Virus record (IMG/VR): IMGVR_UViG_3300028591_000078
Span: 1-64,000 of that record
Length of the DNA: 64,000 bases
Strand: one strand, 5' to 3'
Source of the DNA: a virus
Taxonomy: Duplodnaviria; Caudoviricetes
The translations under genes were made by a program, and so were the position numbers. The notes beneath the pieces were generated by a model, which searched no databases, was not told where the DNA came from, and saw only the letters and a list, made by a program, of their open reading frames with translations. Shown piece after piece: positions 42,101 through 49,627 of the stretch (its first letter is position 1; every line of letters starts with the position of its first letter).

Positions 42101-42800
42101 ATTTGGTAGAGGTAAATCTAGATCTATTTCTAATCAGTTTAAGATGCTTTCTGAAATTAATAAGATGAAATATGCTGCTAGCAAGAGTGATAGCTCTGAT
42201 ATTTCACAATCTTTGGCTAATAAAGTAAAAGATTATATTAAGATATTTAACACTGATCCATTTGCTACAGAAGGAGTAGATACTAGATATGGTAAAGGCA
42301 GAGATATAAGTAGCGAACAATCTCACACTATTTCTAGAACTCTTGGTACTGCAAAAAATATCAAGAAACCTAAGCCGCTTACACGTCCTACCACACCTAC
42401 AAATTATGGTAAGGCTAAATTACCTACACTATCTACAACTAAGACATATGTAAATAATGCAACAACAACTACTAATGCTAATAGCAACGATATAGCTATG
42501 ATCAACTATAGCAAGCTTATTATAACTATTATTGAACTCTTAACGAGTATCAATGATAATAGTAATAAGGTCGATAAGATTATAGATCTTCTTAGAAAGT
42601 ATGGTCCGAGTTTCGGAATAGATACTTCTGGTTATGGCAAAGCCAAAACTGGAGCTGAGAAGAAAGCAGCTGCTAGACATAGTATTGTACGAAACCATGT
42701 AATGGACCCGAGCTGGGGATTTGCAGCAATGGATAATATGAATAGAAATGATGTTGCAAATAAGTTTATGGAAGAAGTACAAGCATTAGCAAGAGAATAA
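30153..42800 (+). CDS. Giant tape-measure-like tail protein with C39-like peptidase, glucosaminidase-like and M23 peptidase domains
   Basis: 4215 aa, helical with glycine-zipper segments; SGCGPAA..HYV..EDP (C39-like); DPAILIAIAIMESG..NFWG (GH73/lysozyme-like); HHGIDF..GHM..STGNHLHYEI (M23); late-type promoter at 30113. Confidence 0.85.
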   Translation: MLSKVTDYLKNVGKSVVYATSDVLEKDNEFIYNFANTNKEVFTAAYSSVRNYRTTINKIETNFKQSKVYQAADIGIKALFEDLKTGKFYNKARAEEIAATMGGFDMSDDFDIEEFEKGLANRDIAEGDKAVIEAVEKSTRLSGELVSDTVARSASAVISNQKASDRIFFTQNVQMISGIKAVAETTSLVGKTINNTNQMLKTMADNQKTYYERTGKAVDEMHAMMREFLDMQRNLYNAQRKAEQNASGKKKQSYSDIVDYRGVLNLQEYVKNVKSNINRKMSSSSAGMLFNGGFGEDANMLAQFVSSPLEFIPKWFVNHLIPEATKNASKSLNDTLSGLVSTTIAKLNNMAEKDDSPITKFLGEIFGVKIRRKTKVEVGKYNKGPVPFDGITRKAIVDVIPGYLRRIEAIISGNKERVFDYSSGKWTGMEDATKKLDTMYMDHIKSTMNEFVGEIEATLKNVRGATREEDERLTRVRNAIYKDIYEHNGDWTRYTKKGRDYTSQLAREISSGDTTVDANDIKMIAKAIKEIQRKNNGTDWKKIATKLSNQALGGRETYTRRMEELEKNMDSSAFMTALEDIFSNAHINDKTGMPLYITPNKNKKANQQEFQNSLGAAILKAKDEYKHDIFYYLRSLEDNATWVREYLSTNKIGGGKNNNSGNPNVPDFNAITALRGNATNLDPEALYREAQHKLDEDYIRAHRFDFNNGKVFAYNRYEEGAYGSAAAYMERTTDKAIEEDRRRKANSQEENLFWSIFHDTSKAKRDYDSKKFLEQLRDAHDIGEKYEVIKHGVEKLAAAPMKMLEHVIRKADESVYHFMFGRADDEVDEDGNPIQGLLAKTIHEMKQTFKKLNEWLNEKLLDPLKKKLDEWGIHSVTDALDKITGGRFSDAKNAIADTVLGTKGEDGRRTGGWADPFRKAFSYNFGEIYDRRAAEARRKKERDRARQEALAEMQAEDDFNSIYHAEGTAGRAKSDLFTMLSPGEELISPSGRSRTVTEGESYSPHIVPKGTTIYNPQPRNVRKQQKAIEQQKAVAWAKNMKFNANADETGGLYDFEKKIFNNEKAKAQFQEQYEYLDMYLEEKASELIASGTDEGIALGQEYLVLYEEFNRYKSNYADIMNPDPKGYGSNYTIYAKFVKWVKNAYKALTTNSLKEAFYVEDQKAKQTKANAQNKTESEPEKIKNKWLHEQLDKLKYDEAKPENIARVNKIADTTAKTAIGTGAGLLLGNPLLGLVGGAVAGIVKNNKAINEFIFGDIEHDNGLISKKTQQYLKDAIPTVRKTSLIGGIAGLVTGLGPIPGILMGSAAGFAAKNEDLMETLFGPKEEREKKMEKIKKAAPRMGIGAAAGALLGPFGLLGGAALGAAGGLFTTTNTFKELLYGEIDEDGNPVKDEDGKLKGGILGALQVSFVDPLKDFANDMKTKAKDFIRDKIVDPIAGAIKPITAGMKHIVKDVLTAVPNALNWVFEKSFGIPMGDFLRDKVFGPIARFTKGFLKLPFTIFKGILSAPGKIIGGIGNAIRGSQIRRGTADYMTAEERLAYREQHKTQFRGNWIGKILHPFRRDRMLAEDQALAETHVGDIKNENGEVTSYGVDTIIQGIEELTTSERDAGKAVRTAQRQLNNIVDKHFRNRGLISLRNDKDKILKALNNGKLDQAMKLIEKLKTKDGKKLSGEELQNFQDDVTKAYNVLEEAKALRKSVGSRRGRDRSSGLAKYEKMLKDQGFKNVNLKSDRQRSRILTLLKQEKSSKAGAYADTLSEDDRISAEATVGAINSQTTDLLKALTSIKESIDLINTNYDGAKDTSKGAAGVNKIFEDLQGTDENGEPVMKTEFGKSFTRGMSNSIHKDVVNSARRRYNVNQRRHQRKRKDDNLVFERITKVKDLGINTQPNSYWSSNDDRARKIFNLLDNNSKFDINTALKHAFNTKNFIKNFSTAMSTSKGVFVEADFIDRIASIKNNKTEQECLSKAVAAGIDLTNKTIFSLDSLNALLGASEKQLQYNTIKEVFKQIQDYIKAYNVAPTPAEIQTWFANLSQLRSDAKYTKQKLKEQAEQEAEQDNSTPPTSPNPVFSNADTDEGTEAIPVEHVGWLKDKWREKIKPGLKGFKSDIGSSFDDLKDIRNTKKTKNLKYELLVVKGIKAIIDRTTRVAEATENQDEREEEKTKEEKKLAKKKAKADKKANNGNLWQRANARVEEFGENVKNKGDNFLRALSHPIKMVKGAIHGSKEEYESKQDGDKFSIIDILHGIKKGQEKELEVLKEQEDRGERKEPIWKRVLKAIFGKSLASIAFRTFALPLGVGLFKNQVWPLVKEKAWPWIQNKLFGDPDRDDDGFFGRLKYWFKDHVVPVLFGEKNEDGVWTKGWFSGAANFWEQKAKPFLVGEDGNSGLIGKIKEIVHGIGYVITDGFNLAKSWLLNENFSPSENNPLKDKFGAHTFKNEDQGSSGFIKTLLYNWADGLTTIVPFATKIIVKALPKLFVGLLTGVVEGVKSIFGIGDVEKKMNERLDNNVTNAYINSMSKQMKVNDSGKTEKLLSIDADDVDISGGGSSSSSSSSSNSSDNIIKTSSGDDYVNESYNEEVSNGANAQISLAKYGSDRIVSKEEYNKKYSWIENVDEMTLDEAIKYAEDNLVILPYSMFNDEDSYRAHFEGIFGPGTIDRYGWDTIKAIQDPIVVDMSSEVYRMIQSERKNEQAFVSETTFRYLLNCARGGVVGCKVVPKLLKVTTKTAAILAKGGKALQKIAPWYVKPFVALGNLPAKAVSKSGTFIQGVSNGIKYGYDRINDAKELVKVSGGTAKEIKQAGKTAGKILEADVKAGTVTADVVESAVKAADKLDDAAKVADKLSKCPAWVQQIAKRAEQFFSAMADTKIVKMISNATGKATQKISKVLTSAKAKTLGTKFGLWLFEKFPNFATKMTKVLTSETVKKVAWVITILSVETDIIFGAADVNEVLGVTGDYNFTSWHYMMAALINTFNNEVLFGIPDVHDIGPWLTENLFVELFDDQDLKNAIEGTNKRYEAWKNDHPEDADLSRKDWLSAYYPSGTTLYNRDLQEGNWKNVSDNFKAGYGIKGDNKDNPVGAFFADVADHWATGMNTISNWWNGLWGQGKDKLNTFELKVPKLIMPSKVLHSDIPDELIDNTKVGFGAGKHVDQRMSNMRYNAPGDTEYQTVADSGCGPAAAVSVLNQYGKGKLEEAAKYSLANGYKEPNGGTYPGFFKDYLGQNGIDTQYESDPNKIMGNLAQGKPVILMGTGNGNNRTPYDGANGSHYVTATGIDRSGNMIIEDPDDRRGALKYNARNVLDRTSIAISTSPSGRSRSLISNSYGKARLPKSYLNKMPKLKFGRGVHTLKDLAKDALQDLRIWKDPGSNKSEYISNIGTRIMQAARYQTQGIFYNHYMWVATAAVNAGIQTGMDPAILIAIAIMESGHGTSDVCKDKLNFWGWNFTDKTGYAEGATDFKTNGSNAITLQSLENAFLAYAKAISKGYYDAGQKCLYQFYDNGGNHQYPGEINDITTDWVVDVSKYMAAIHNCVGQAEDNLSWHDPSGKVVLLKDATNAWTKTKDGFNGKIYPATISNDLMVTTNYKGESSDGTSKSSSKTSTIFTAIADYGKKVLRSVFGDFYDLVFGSPDTDTENTYQNTFQTGHYNENGYWVGNNLDAENATDWFTRTLNSTVSLPYARNAEPVRLSDEKPHYVHHGIDFAAAAGTPIVSPIDGEVTYRNDDESKDYGNNIIVTDAYDSNLTHRFGHMLHASPLSMHSKVKRGETIIGYVGSTGLSTGNHLHYEIDDIRMPNAHIDAGYGSLKDSIDPDLQYDWSRYLKTIDPYTGQDVSKMGSDELRDMVYAEQERFIQNKYDKILDPIGREEALAKYNSIENDSVVRKRLRDEIINIEKSGGINSQNSSYFSNIKDTALQLDLSEYMNRHGYQSAINSSDVSNDYSETTDQIEFDDSEKVKDVENDTKSIGADLELPTKLENNNLNLPTLKGNKMGFGRGKSRSISNQFKMLSEINKMKYAASKSDSSDISQSLANKVKDYIKIFNTDPFATEGVDTRYGKGRDISSEQSHTISRTLGTAKNIKKPKPLTRPTTPTNYGKAKLPTLSTTKTYVNNATTTTNANSNDIAMINYSKLIITIIELLTSINDNSNKVDKIIDLLRKYGPSFGIDTSGYGKAKTGAEKKAAARHSIVRNHVMDPSWGFAAMDNMNRNDVANKFMEEVQALARE

Positions 42801-42872
42801 ATGTATGAGCGGGTCATTTTAGACCCGCTCAACATTATATTAATTCGATCATATTAAAGGATGTGATGAAAT

Positions 42873-44468
42873 ATGGCAATTATAGACGAAGAGAGAAGAA
42901 ATGCTGATAGTGATGATGGTAAAGTCTTTTATAATGAAATTGCCGGTCATGGAAGAAGTCTTGATGAAATAAAAGCAACTTTTACACCAAATAGCTTATC
43001 TATGAAAAGTCTTACTGGTGTATTTGGTGTACCATATCAATTTTTACCTAGTGTCGATCCTAGATCTCTTATATATAAAAATGGTGATGTTCCGAATGAA
43101 TTATCAAAGTTTGGAAGAAAGTATGCTGAGAAGATAGCTTCTAGGATGCCTGTAATGTATTTTTCTCCTGGCAATCCTAGATTTATGCCTCAGGTTGAAA
43201 AAAAGAGAACTGATATTATTACCCAGATAGCTAGTTTATTCTCAAATAACAATTCTAGTCAGCTTCAAGAATTGCTAGGTGATTATACTGGTAAGTATTA
43301 TTACATAGATATGGCATATGAAGATTATTATAACTATGTAAATCCTATGTGTCGATCTGGAGCAATGTTTCTTGGTATAGGCGATAAGATATATTGTGGA
43401 CATAAACTAAGAGAATTTCCTTGGCATCTTAATACAAATTCTGATGATTCGGTACTAACTAGATCAACATCAGCCGATGGTACAGTAAAAGAAGATTTTA
43501 TATCTGCTATTGCTGGTGGTGTTGGTCAAGCAATAAAATCTATAACTACTATGGCATCAGATTTTCTTTCTGGAGATTTTGCATACTATAGAAGATGTAT
43601 ACCATTTTATATAGAATCAGAGTCCCAGATAACAGAAAACTTCACTAATGATACTACAGAATCCTCTCTTTCTGGTATGGCAAATGGTTTATCTGACCAG
43701 GCTAGAGAGTTACGATTCATATTAGGTGCAACTGGATCTGAACTTGGATTTGATATGAATACTGTATTAGATGGAAGTCAAACACTAATTGATAAAATAC
43801 AAGCTACTCTTGGTGGAGAGGGTCACAATGTATTTGCTAATATAGTAAAGACTTTTGGTACTATAGCAATGGGTGGTAGACTTGTATTCCCTGAGATATG
43901 GAGTGACTCAAAATTCTCTAAATCTTATAATATAAGTATTAAACTTGCCACTCCTGATTCAGATTTATTCTCTTGGTATCTGAATATATATGTTCCACTT
44001 ATGCATCTCTTAGCATTAGCATTACCTAGGCAGTATGGAAATAATGGTTATGGTGCACCATTCTTAGTAAGAGCTTATTATAAGGGCTTCTTTAATATAG
44101 ATATGGGTATTATTACCAATCTTACTGTAGTTAAAGGTAAAGAATCTGGATGGACAAGTGATGGACTTCCTACTACAGTAGAGGTTACTGTAGAAATTAA
44201 AGATCTTTATCAAGAAATGTCTATGACTAAGGGAGATAACCTTAAGTATAATATTATGAAGAATACAGCAGAATTAGACTACATGGCTAATCTCTGTGGA
44301 GTTAATATTAATGCTCCTGACATTTCTAGATTCATAGATATGTATTATATGAATAATATTGAGAATCGTCTTGCAGATACATTTACTAATGATATCTGGG
44401 GTGGATTACAGTCCACTATTACTGGTCTTGCTAATAATGGTTGGAACAAATTAATCAATAGAGTTTAA
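42873..44468 (+). CDS. Probable baseplate or tail structural protein
   Basis: Follows the tape measure; late-type promoter at 42831; beta-rich C-terminus (PFLVRAY..GIITNLTV..GLPTTVEVTVEIKDL). Confidence 0.6.
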   Translation: MAIIDEERRNADSDDGKVFYNEIAGHGRSLDEIKATFTPNSLSMKSLTGVFGVPYQFLPSVDPRSLIYKNGDVPNELSKFGRKYAEKIASRMPVMYFSPGNPRFMPQVEKKRTDIITQIASLFSNNNSSQLQELLGDYTGKYYYIDMAYEDYYNYVNPMCRSGAMFLGIGDKIYCGHKLREFPWHLNTNSDDSVLTRSTSADGTVKEDFISAIAGGVGQAIKSITTMASDFLSGDFAYYRRCIPFYIESESQITENFTNDTTESSLSGMANGLSDQARELRFILGATGSELGFDMNTVLDGSQTLIDKIQATLGGEGHNVFANIVKTFGTIAMGGRLVFPEIWSDSKFSKSYNISIKLATPDSDLFSWYLNIYVPLMHLLALALPRQYGNNGYGAPFLVRAYYKGFFNIDMGIITNLTVVKGKESGWTSDGLPTTVEVTVEIKDLYQEMSMTKGDNLKYNIMKNTAELDYMANLCGVNINAPDISRFIDMYYMNNIENRLADTFTNDIWGGLQSTITGLANNGWNKLINRV

Positions 44469-44536
44469 AATGATGTAAAACATATAGGTAAGCACCTGGA
44501 AGGGGTGCTTACCTTTTAAAATATCGAGAGGTATAT

Positions 44537-45247
44537 ATGACTAGAAAGCAAAAACATGAAAAATATCTAGCCAGATATTCTGATATACCATTAGATTATA
44601 AAGAACGTCTGGAGTGGATGTATGACAAGTATAATATTACAGAGCGAGATCAAGAATCTATTCTCTTAGCAAGAGATTCTATGATAGCTCAGCAATATTA
44701 TACTACTATTCAGATTGTATTGTATGAAGAACCTGAAGGTGCCAAGAGACCGAGAACCAGGATAGTGAATCGAGGCAATATACTTCAGGCTGCTAAAGCT
44801 AGTGAGTTTGTGCATATATACTCACCAGGTGCAGCAGAAAATAATAATTATATGAGACGGTTAGTGAATGAACAGGAGATAATGCAATTAGATCAACTGA
44901 TTTGCACTCCATGTGATGTACAATTCACTGCATTCTTTAGAACTCCAACCTACTATAATAAGGTAGATACCTTTTTAGCAGAACTTGGATGTATAAGACC
45001 TATAACAAAACCGGATCATGATAATATAGCTAAGCTATATTCAGATATGTATAACTCTACTGTATGGATAGATGATGCTCTTACAGTTCATGGAGAGACT
45101 TGGAAGTATTACTCTATATTACCTAGGGTAGAGATTAGACTAATGTACTTGAATATGGTTTACAACAAACACCAGTATGACCAGATCGTAAAAAGAAAAG
45201 ACTTCACTGATGATATGAAATTAGACTACTTCAATGGAGGAAAATAA
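44537..45247 (+). CDS. rusA: RusA-like Holliday junction resolvase
   Basis: EPEGAKRPR and KPDHDNIAK..D....VWIDD catalytic pattern. Confidence 0.8.
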   Translation: MTRKQKHEKYLARYSDIPLDYKERLEWMYDKYNITERDQESILLARDSMIAQQYYTTIQIVLYEEPEGAKRPRTRIVNRGNILQAAKASEFVHIYSPGAAENNNYMRRLVNEQEIMQLDQLICTPCDVQFTAFFRTPTYYNKVDTFLAELGCIRPITKPDHDNIAKLYSDMYNSTVWIDDALTVHGETWKYYSILPRVEIRLMYLNMVYNKHQYDQIVKRKDFTDDMKLDYFNGGK

Positions 45248-45249
45248 TC

Positions 45250-45612
45250 ATGAGTGATGTAAATATCTTTAAATCTGTATCCGATATACGGAGAATTCTT
45301 GTACAGGACTTCTTTAGCCTTGATGTTAACCTTTCTACTATAGCAGGTTACATAGGAGACTTTGCTAAGACTGAAGCTTGTGTAGAGGACAATGTAATCA
45401 ATGTAAATATAGCACAGAAGAATGTATCTGAAGTTGAGGAAGGTATCAGAATGGCTATCGTAGTATTTCTGCAGGATAATAAGTTAGAGATACTTAGATC
45501 ATTCATTATGGCTTCTGGAGATGGATCTAAAATCTACTCAGATATAATTACTCATCCTGAATGGGTATATGATACAATTAATATGAATAGTCATATAGTG
45601 GTACGATTCTAA
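45250..45612 (+). CDS. Hypothetical protein
   Basis: RBS ggagg; follows rusA. Confidence 0.7.
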   Translation: MSDVNIFKSVSDIRRILVQDFFSLDVNLSTIAGYIGDFAKTEACVEDNVINVNIAQKNVSEVEEGIRMAIVVFLQDNKLEILRSFIMASGDGSKIYSDIITHPEWVYDTINMNSHIVVRF

Positions 45613-45619
45613 AAAAAAT

Positions 45620-45990
45620 AAAATGCTTTATGAAAAGCGCTTTGTTGGGAGGGCTGTTGCCCTCCCGACGCTTTTTATATTGTACATTAGTGATAACACT
45701 ATGATAAACGAGTAATCGGGTGACCACTCGTTTATCAGGTTTGGGCCTTACCTATTCATAAAGGTAAGGCCAGGTTCAGGGAGATATTCGACTCCCTTAC
45801 CGCAATATAAAGCTCTAAATAAACTTCTAAGCCTTATGTATGCGGAGTTTGCAAGAATACTATCCTGCATTTCAATCACCCACCTTTCTGACTAACCCTG
45901 GAGATACTAGCTCCAGGGTTGTCTTTTATCTTTGGTTCACCGGTGGGTATAGTGAGTAAGTAGTATCACCTCCAATTCTTATTCTCTCTA
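45620..45990. ncRNA. Candidate structured RNA or structured mRNA (array of at least 6 hairpins; contains a 40-codon minus-strand ORF at 45748-45870)
   Basis: Stems gggagggc/gccctccc, tgataaacgagt/actcgtttatca, ggccttacct/aggtaaggcc, agggag/ctccct, ccgca/tgcgg, aaccctggag/ctccagggtt; early-type promoter at 45992. Confidence 0.45.
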
Positions 45991-45991
45991 C

Positions 45992-46010
45992 TCACTATTA
46001 TAATATATAA
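45992..46010 (-). promoter_or_regulatory. Early-type phage promoter (copy 4)
   Basis: Identical 19-mer. Confidence 0.75.
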
Positions 46011-46096
46011 TTGAAATCTTTTAGTTTAGCGGAACATAGAATTTAAACTTTATAATAGCGTCAACTTATAGTAATATCTTAAAAGGAGGAATTTAG

Positions 46097-46624
46097 ATGC
46101 TTACAGGATCAGAGATATTAAAAAGAATACAGCAAGGATCTATAGTAATAGACCCTTTTAACTTTAATAACCTAAATCCAAATTCATATAATCTCACACT
46201 TGCTAATGAGCTTAAAGTATATACAAAGTTTCCCCTTGATATAACAGTAGAAAATCCTACTGAGATTATCGAGATACCGCCTGAAGGATATATATTATAT
46301 CCTGGAACTCTTTATCTTGGTTGTACTAAAGAATATACTGAGATGGAAGATACTGTAGGTTGTATAGATGGAAGATCTTCTGTTGGAAGATTAGGTATAA
46401 TGGTTCATCTTACTGCAGGTTTTGGCGACATAGGATATAAGGGTCGTTGGACTCTTGAGATATCGGTAGTACATCCTGTTAGAATATATCCTGGAATGAA
46501 GATAGCCCAGATATATTTTGAAGATCCTATCGGAAGTGCTGATATAAAGTATAATGGTAAATACATGAATCAGACTGGTCCGATAGAATCTAAAATGTTT
46601 AAAGAATATGGAGGAAATGAATAA
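46097..46624 (+). CDS. dcd: dCTP deaminase
   Basis: LNPNSYNLTL, GRSSVGRLG, AGFGDIGYKGRWTLEI, GMKIAQIYF, KY.NQ. Confidence 0.92.
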   Translation: MLTGSEILKRIQQGSIVIDPFNFNNLNPNSYNLTLANELKVYTKFPLDITVENPTEIIEIPPEGYILYPGTLYLGCTKEYTEMEDTVGCIDGRSSVGRLGIMVHLTAGFGDIGYKGRWTLEISVVHPVRIYPGMKIAQIYFEDPIGSADIKYNGKYMNQTGPIESKMFKEYGGNE

Positions 46625-47175
46625 TGGAAACATATGAAAAACCTAGTGATGATCGTACTATTGTAGGATTTGTTCAGCATCCTGATAGCATAGAGTTTCA
46701 GTTGGCCAATGGAGATACTTTAAAAGTTCCTATGGAGCCTAGACCTGAGATATCTTGCACATGTGAGCAGAAAACTTCTACTGTAAGAGGATTTAAGTTT
46801 GTCGAAGGCGGTATAGCTATCGATAATACTGATGATAGTACTATGGTTATAAAATATGAGGATATGACTACAGCATATGATAAAGAACAGAAGATGATAG
46901 AAGATGCCAAAAAATCTGGCGAGCTTCTTATTCTTGGTGTATCTCATTATATGCTTGATAAGAAACTTGTATTTACTTTGAGTAATGGTGTAGAGCTTAC
47001 CGTTACTGATGACGAGATAATTAAGTTCTATACTCAGATCAAAGAGCAGGAAAACAAACCTAAAGGTGGAATAGATGCTTCTGCTTTAGGTACTCTGATT
47101 GGAGCTTTTGCTGGTAGTAACCTTAAGTATGCTATCCCTACAGAAGAGATTTCTGAAACCGTAAATGAAGAATAA
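46624..47175 (+). CDS. Hypothetical protein with internal F-x-L-x-NG repeat
   Basis: IEFQLANGDTLKV and LVFTLSNGVELTV; RBS ggagg. Confidence 0.65.
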   Translation: METYEKPSDDRTIVGFVQHPDSIEFQLANGDTLKVPMEPRPEISCTCEQKTSTVRGFKFVEGGIAIDNTDDSTMVIKYEDMTTAYDKEQKMIEDAKKSGELLILGVSHYMLDKKLVFTLSNGVELTVTDDEIIKFYTQIKEQENKPKGGIDASALGTLIGAFAGSNLKYAIPTEEISETVNEE

Positions 47176-47263
47176 GTTATATACTATATGAATGAATAAG
47201 TAATCTTATTATATAAAGGAAGAGCCCTTTATGGGCTCTTTCATCTTATAGAAAGGAGACTAT

Positions 47264-48199
47264 ATGAAAACACATGTAGGATCAAAGTTCTATAGATTCA
47301 CTGGTGAGTCTGACTTTCAGAAGTTAGAAATGCTCAGACTTGTCAGAATAAAGAATCAGAACACTTATGTCTTGGTAGATGAAAATAATACCAAGATCAA
47401 AATGGATCTGGAGACGCTAAAGAAAGAGTATACCAAGTTATCTCCAGATGGTTTTCTATCATTGTCAATAGTAAAGCTTGACAATAATATGAATGATGTG
47501 ATTATCACATTACACAGAAGGCAAGAAATAGAGAACGCTGATGATACTCCATATATAGTATGCCGGCAATCTATTTATGACTTCTTCACTAACCAGGTTA
47601 ATCACTCTGATGATATAAGATATATCGGAATGAGTATTAGCCAAGAGTCTTGCCCACCGCAGTTAAAGGTAAGAGATTGCTCTATATGTAATAGTGTAAT
47701 CAAGAGTCAAGTTATAGATGTATATCTTGATGATACTTTCAATAATATCTTATCTCTTCTTCATACTCGGGAAGCAGATAGGGTATTAGCTAACTTAGCT
47801 AGAACAGCACCTCCTAATATATATGGATGGTGTTCATCTGTAAAAGATCTGATGATCGGTACTAGATTCATGTATGACTTCTTACGGGCGTTTAATATTT
47901 ATCCGCTCAACTTTAAAATAATCATACAGGATGGTAATACCTTATCTCATGCTCAGGTAGTACAACTTGAAGACATGATAAAGAGACAGATACTCAAAAT
48001 ACTTGTAGTTCCTTATGCTAAAGATATAGACTTCGATAGTATAAAGAATAATTATATGCTAGTATCTGATATAGACGAGAAACTATATGTCCTGATGTTT
48101 GAAGCAGGTGGATATATAAATCGTCCTTATGAGCAACTTGAAGATCATCGCGATAGAGATGCGATGATAAATGTCGTCAAAAATCGTTTAGTTAAATGA
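47264..48199 (+). CDS. Hypothetical protein
   Basis: 311-aa ORF; RBS gaaaggag. Confidence 0.75.
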   Translation: MKTHVGSKFYRFTGESDFQKLEMLRLVRIKNQNTYVLVDENNTKIKMDLETLKKEYTKLSPDGFLSLSIVKLDNNMNDVIITLHRRQEIENADDTPYIVCRQSIYDFFTNQVNHSDDIRYIGMSISQESCPPQLKVRDCSICNSVIKSQVIDVYLDDTFNNILSLLHTREADRVLANLARTAPPNIYGWCSSVKDLMIGTRFMYDFLRAFNIYPLNFKIIIQDGNTLSHAQVVQLEDMIKRQILKILVVPYAKDIDFDSIKNNYMLVSDIDEKLYVLMFEAGGYINRPYEQLEDHRDRDAMINVVKNRLVK

Positions 48200-48293
48200 T
48201 TAGACAGACATATATTATATAGGTGTGATTAGGCAGGTATAGTTTTATATCAGCCAAAACATAAAACTAATATTACTCTAGGAGGAAACTATT

Positions 48294-49139
48294 ATGAGCA
48301 ACATTAACGAAACCCTTAGCAATCTTAAGGTTGCATTCAACCAGGAAGCTCCTAACCAGGAAGCTCCTAAGCAGGAGATACCGGTGGCAGAAGCAAAACC
48401 TGAGGAAACTAAGGAACACAAGATCCAGATCATCAATCATGATGAATTCAGCGATGTGGTTCAGACAGCTCTGATCACAACACACGAACTGTGCACTAAA
48501 GCAAATTCTATCTTCAAGACTTGCTTTAGCGACTATGAGGGTTGTATTATTGAACCCACACCCGATCCGTTCAATCCTTTCAGGCTTAGACTGTTCTTTA
48601 CAATTAAGCCTAAAGAGGAAGGAAAGATCCACTGCCTCGAAAAGGTAGGTTTTGAGAAGGGAGACAATGCTTATCAGAGACTGTCTAACTTCAATATCAT
48701 GCAGAAGAACAAGACCTATAATGTTACTGATGCAGCTAAGGAAGCTCTCGAAGATTTCATCAACGTTCCGCAGGGTAAGAAGATCCAGTGGAATCAGATC
48801 TGTGTAGAGTGCAGTGCAGGTAATAATATATATGGTCGTAATACAATCTACATGGCTGTATATATTGATCTGCTCAAGCTGATCAAGTTCATGTATGGAA
48901 CTAAGGAAGCTGATGGTAGTCGTATAGATTATCAGATCGTTAATCTTAAGCCTCTCGGTGAGATTAATGTAGCTCAGCCGAATTATTTCAATGCACCTCA
49001 GATGCCGACAGGAATGGTAGCTAACTTCCTGGTAGGAATTACCAAGCTCAATAGCAATAACCTCAAGGCAATTGCTACAAAGATTGGATATATTCCGGAT
49101 ACGGCTAATGGTATACCGATGGTAAGAGCTGAAGACTAA
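48294..49139 (+). CDS. Hypothetical protein, probably highly expressed
   Basis: RBS aggagg; early-type (48209) and late-type (48258) promoter motifs upstream; C-ending codon bias; NQEAP tandem repeat. Confidence 0.75.
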   Translation: MSNINETLSNLKVAFNQEAPNQEAPKQEIPVAEAKPEETKEHKIQIINHDEFSDVVQTALITTHELCTKANSIFKTCFSDYEGCIIEPTPDPFNPFRLRLFFTIKPKEEGKIHCLEKVGFEKGDNAYQRLSNFNIMQKNKTYNVTDAAKEALEDFINVPQGKKIQWNQICVECSAGNNIYGRNTIYMAVYIDLLKLIKFMYGTKEADGSRIDYQIVNLKPLGEINVAQPNYFNAPQMPTGMVANFLVGITKLNSNNLKAIATKIGYIPDTANGIPMVRAED

Positions 49140-49204
49140 GAGATCTAAAAAAATATCGAGAGCAGGCTTGGCTTGCTCTCTTTATTTTTTAAGGAGGAAA
49201 TTTT

Positions 49205-49624
49205 ATGGCTTACGGTAACAATAAGTATGGTAACTCAGAAGAGTTCTTCTATACTATAGAAGACAATTTCGATTATATTATCGAAGAAAAAGCTAATCAG
49301 TTCACCTCTCTCAGAAAGATTGACTGGGGTAATACTGGAAACTATAAACTTGACCTCAGAAGATATTATACATCTTCTGATGGTACTGAAAAGATGGGTA
49401 AAGGCATATCCTTTATGACTGAAGAAGGCCCATCTGAACTTACTAAAGTTATGCTTGGTCTTGGATACTGTGAGACTGTAGATGCTCTTACGGCAATCAA
49501 AGATAGACCTGACTTTAGATCATCTCTCAATGCAGTTCTGAATAATAAGGATGATGAATTCTATGATGAATCTGCAGGAGAACTTAAGGGTAATTACTAT
49601 GATCCTAAAGACTTGATTCTATAA
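49205..49624 (+). CDS. PC4/YdbC-like single-stranded DNA-binding protein
   Basis: SLRKIDWG...KLDLRRYY....EKMGKGISF matches the PC4/YdbC pattern; acidic tail. Confidence 0.7.
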   Translation: MAYGNNKYGNSEEFFYTIEDNFDYIIEEKANQFTSLRKIDWGNTGNYKLDLRRYYTSSDGTEKMGKGISFMTEEGPSELTKVMLGLGYCETVDALTAIKDRPDFRSSLNAVLNNKDDEFYDESAGELKGNYYDPKDLIL

Positions 49625-49627
49625 GGA

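Noticed and set aside
48339-48375. 15-bp tandem repeat aaccaggaagctcct
   Set aside because: Simple in-frame duplication (NQEAP) in a disordered N-terminus.
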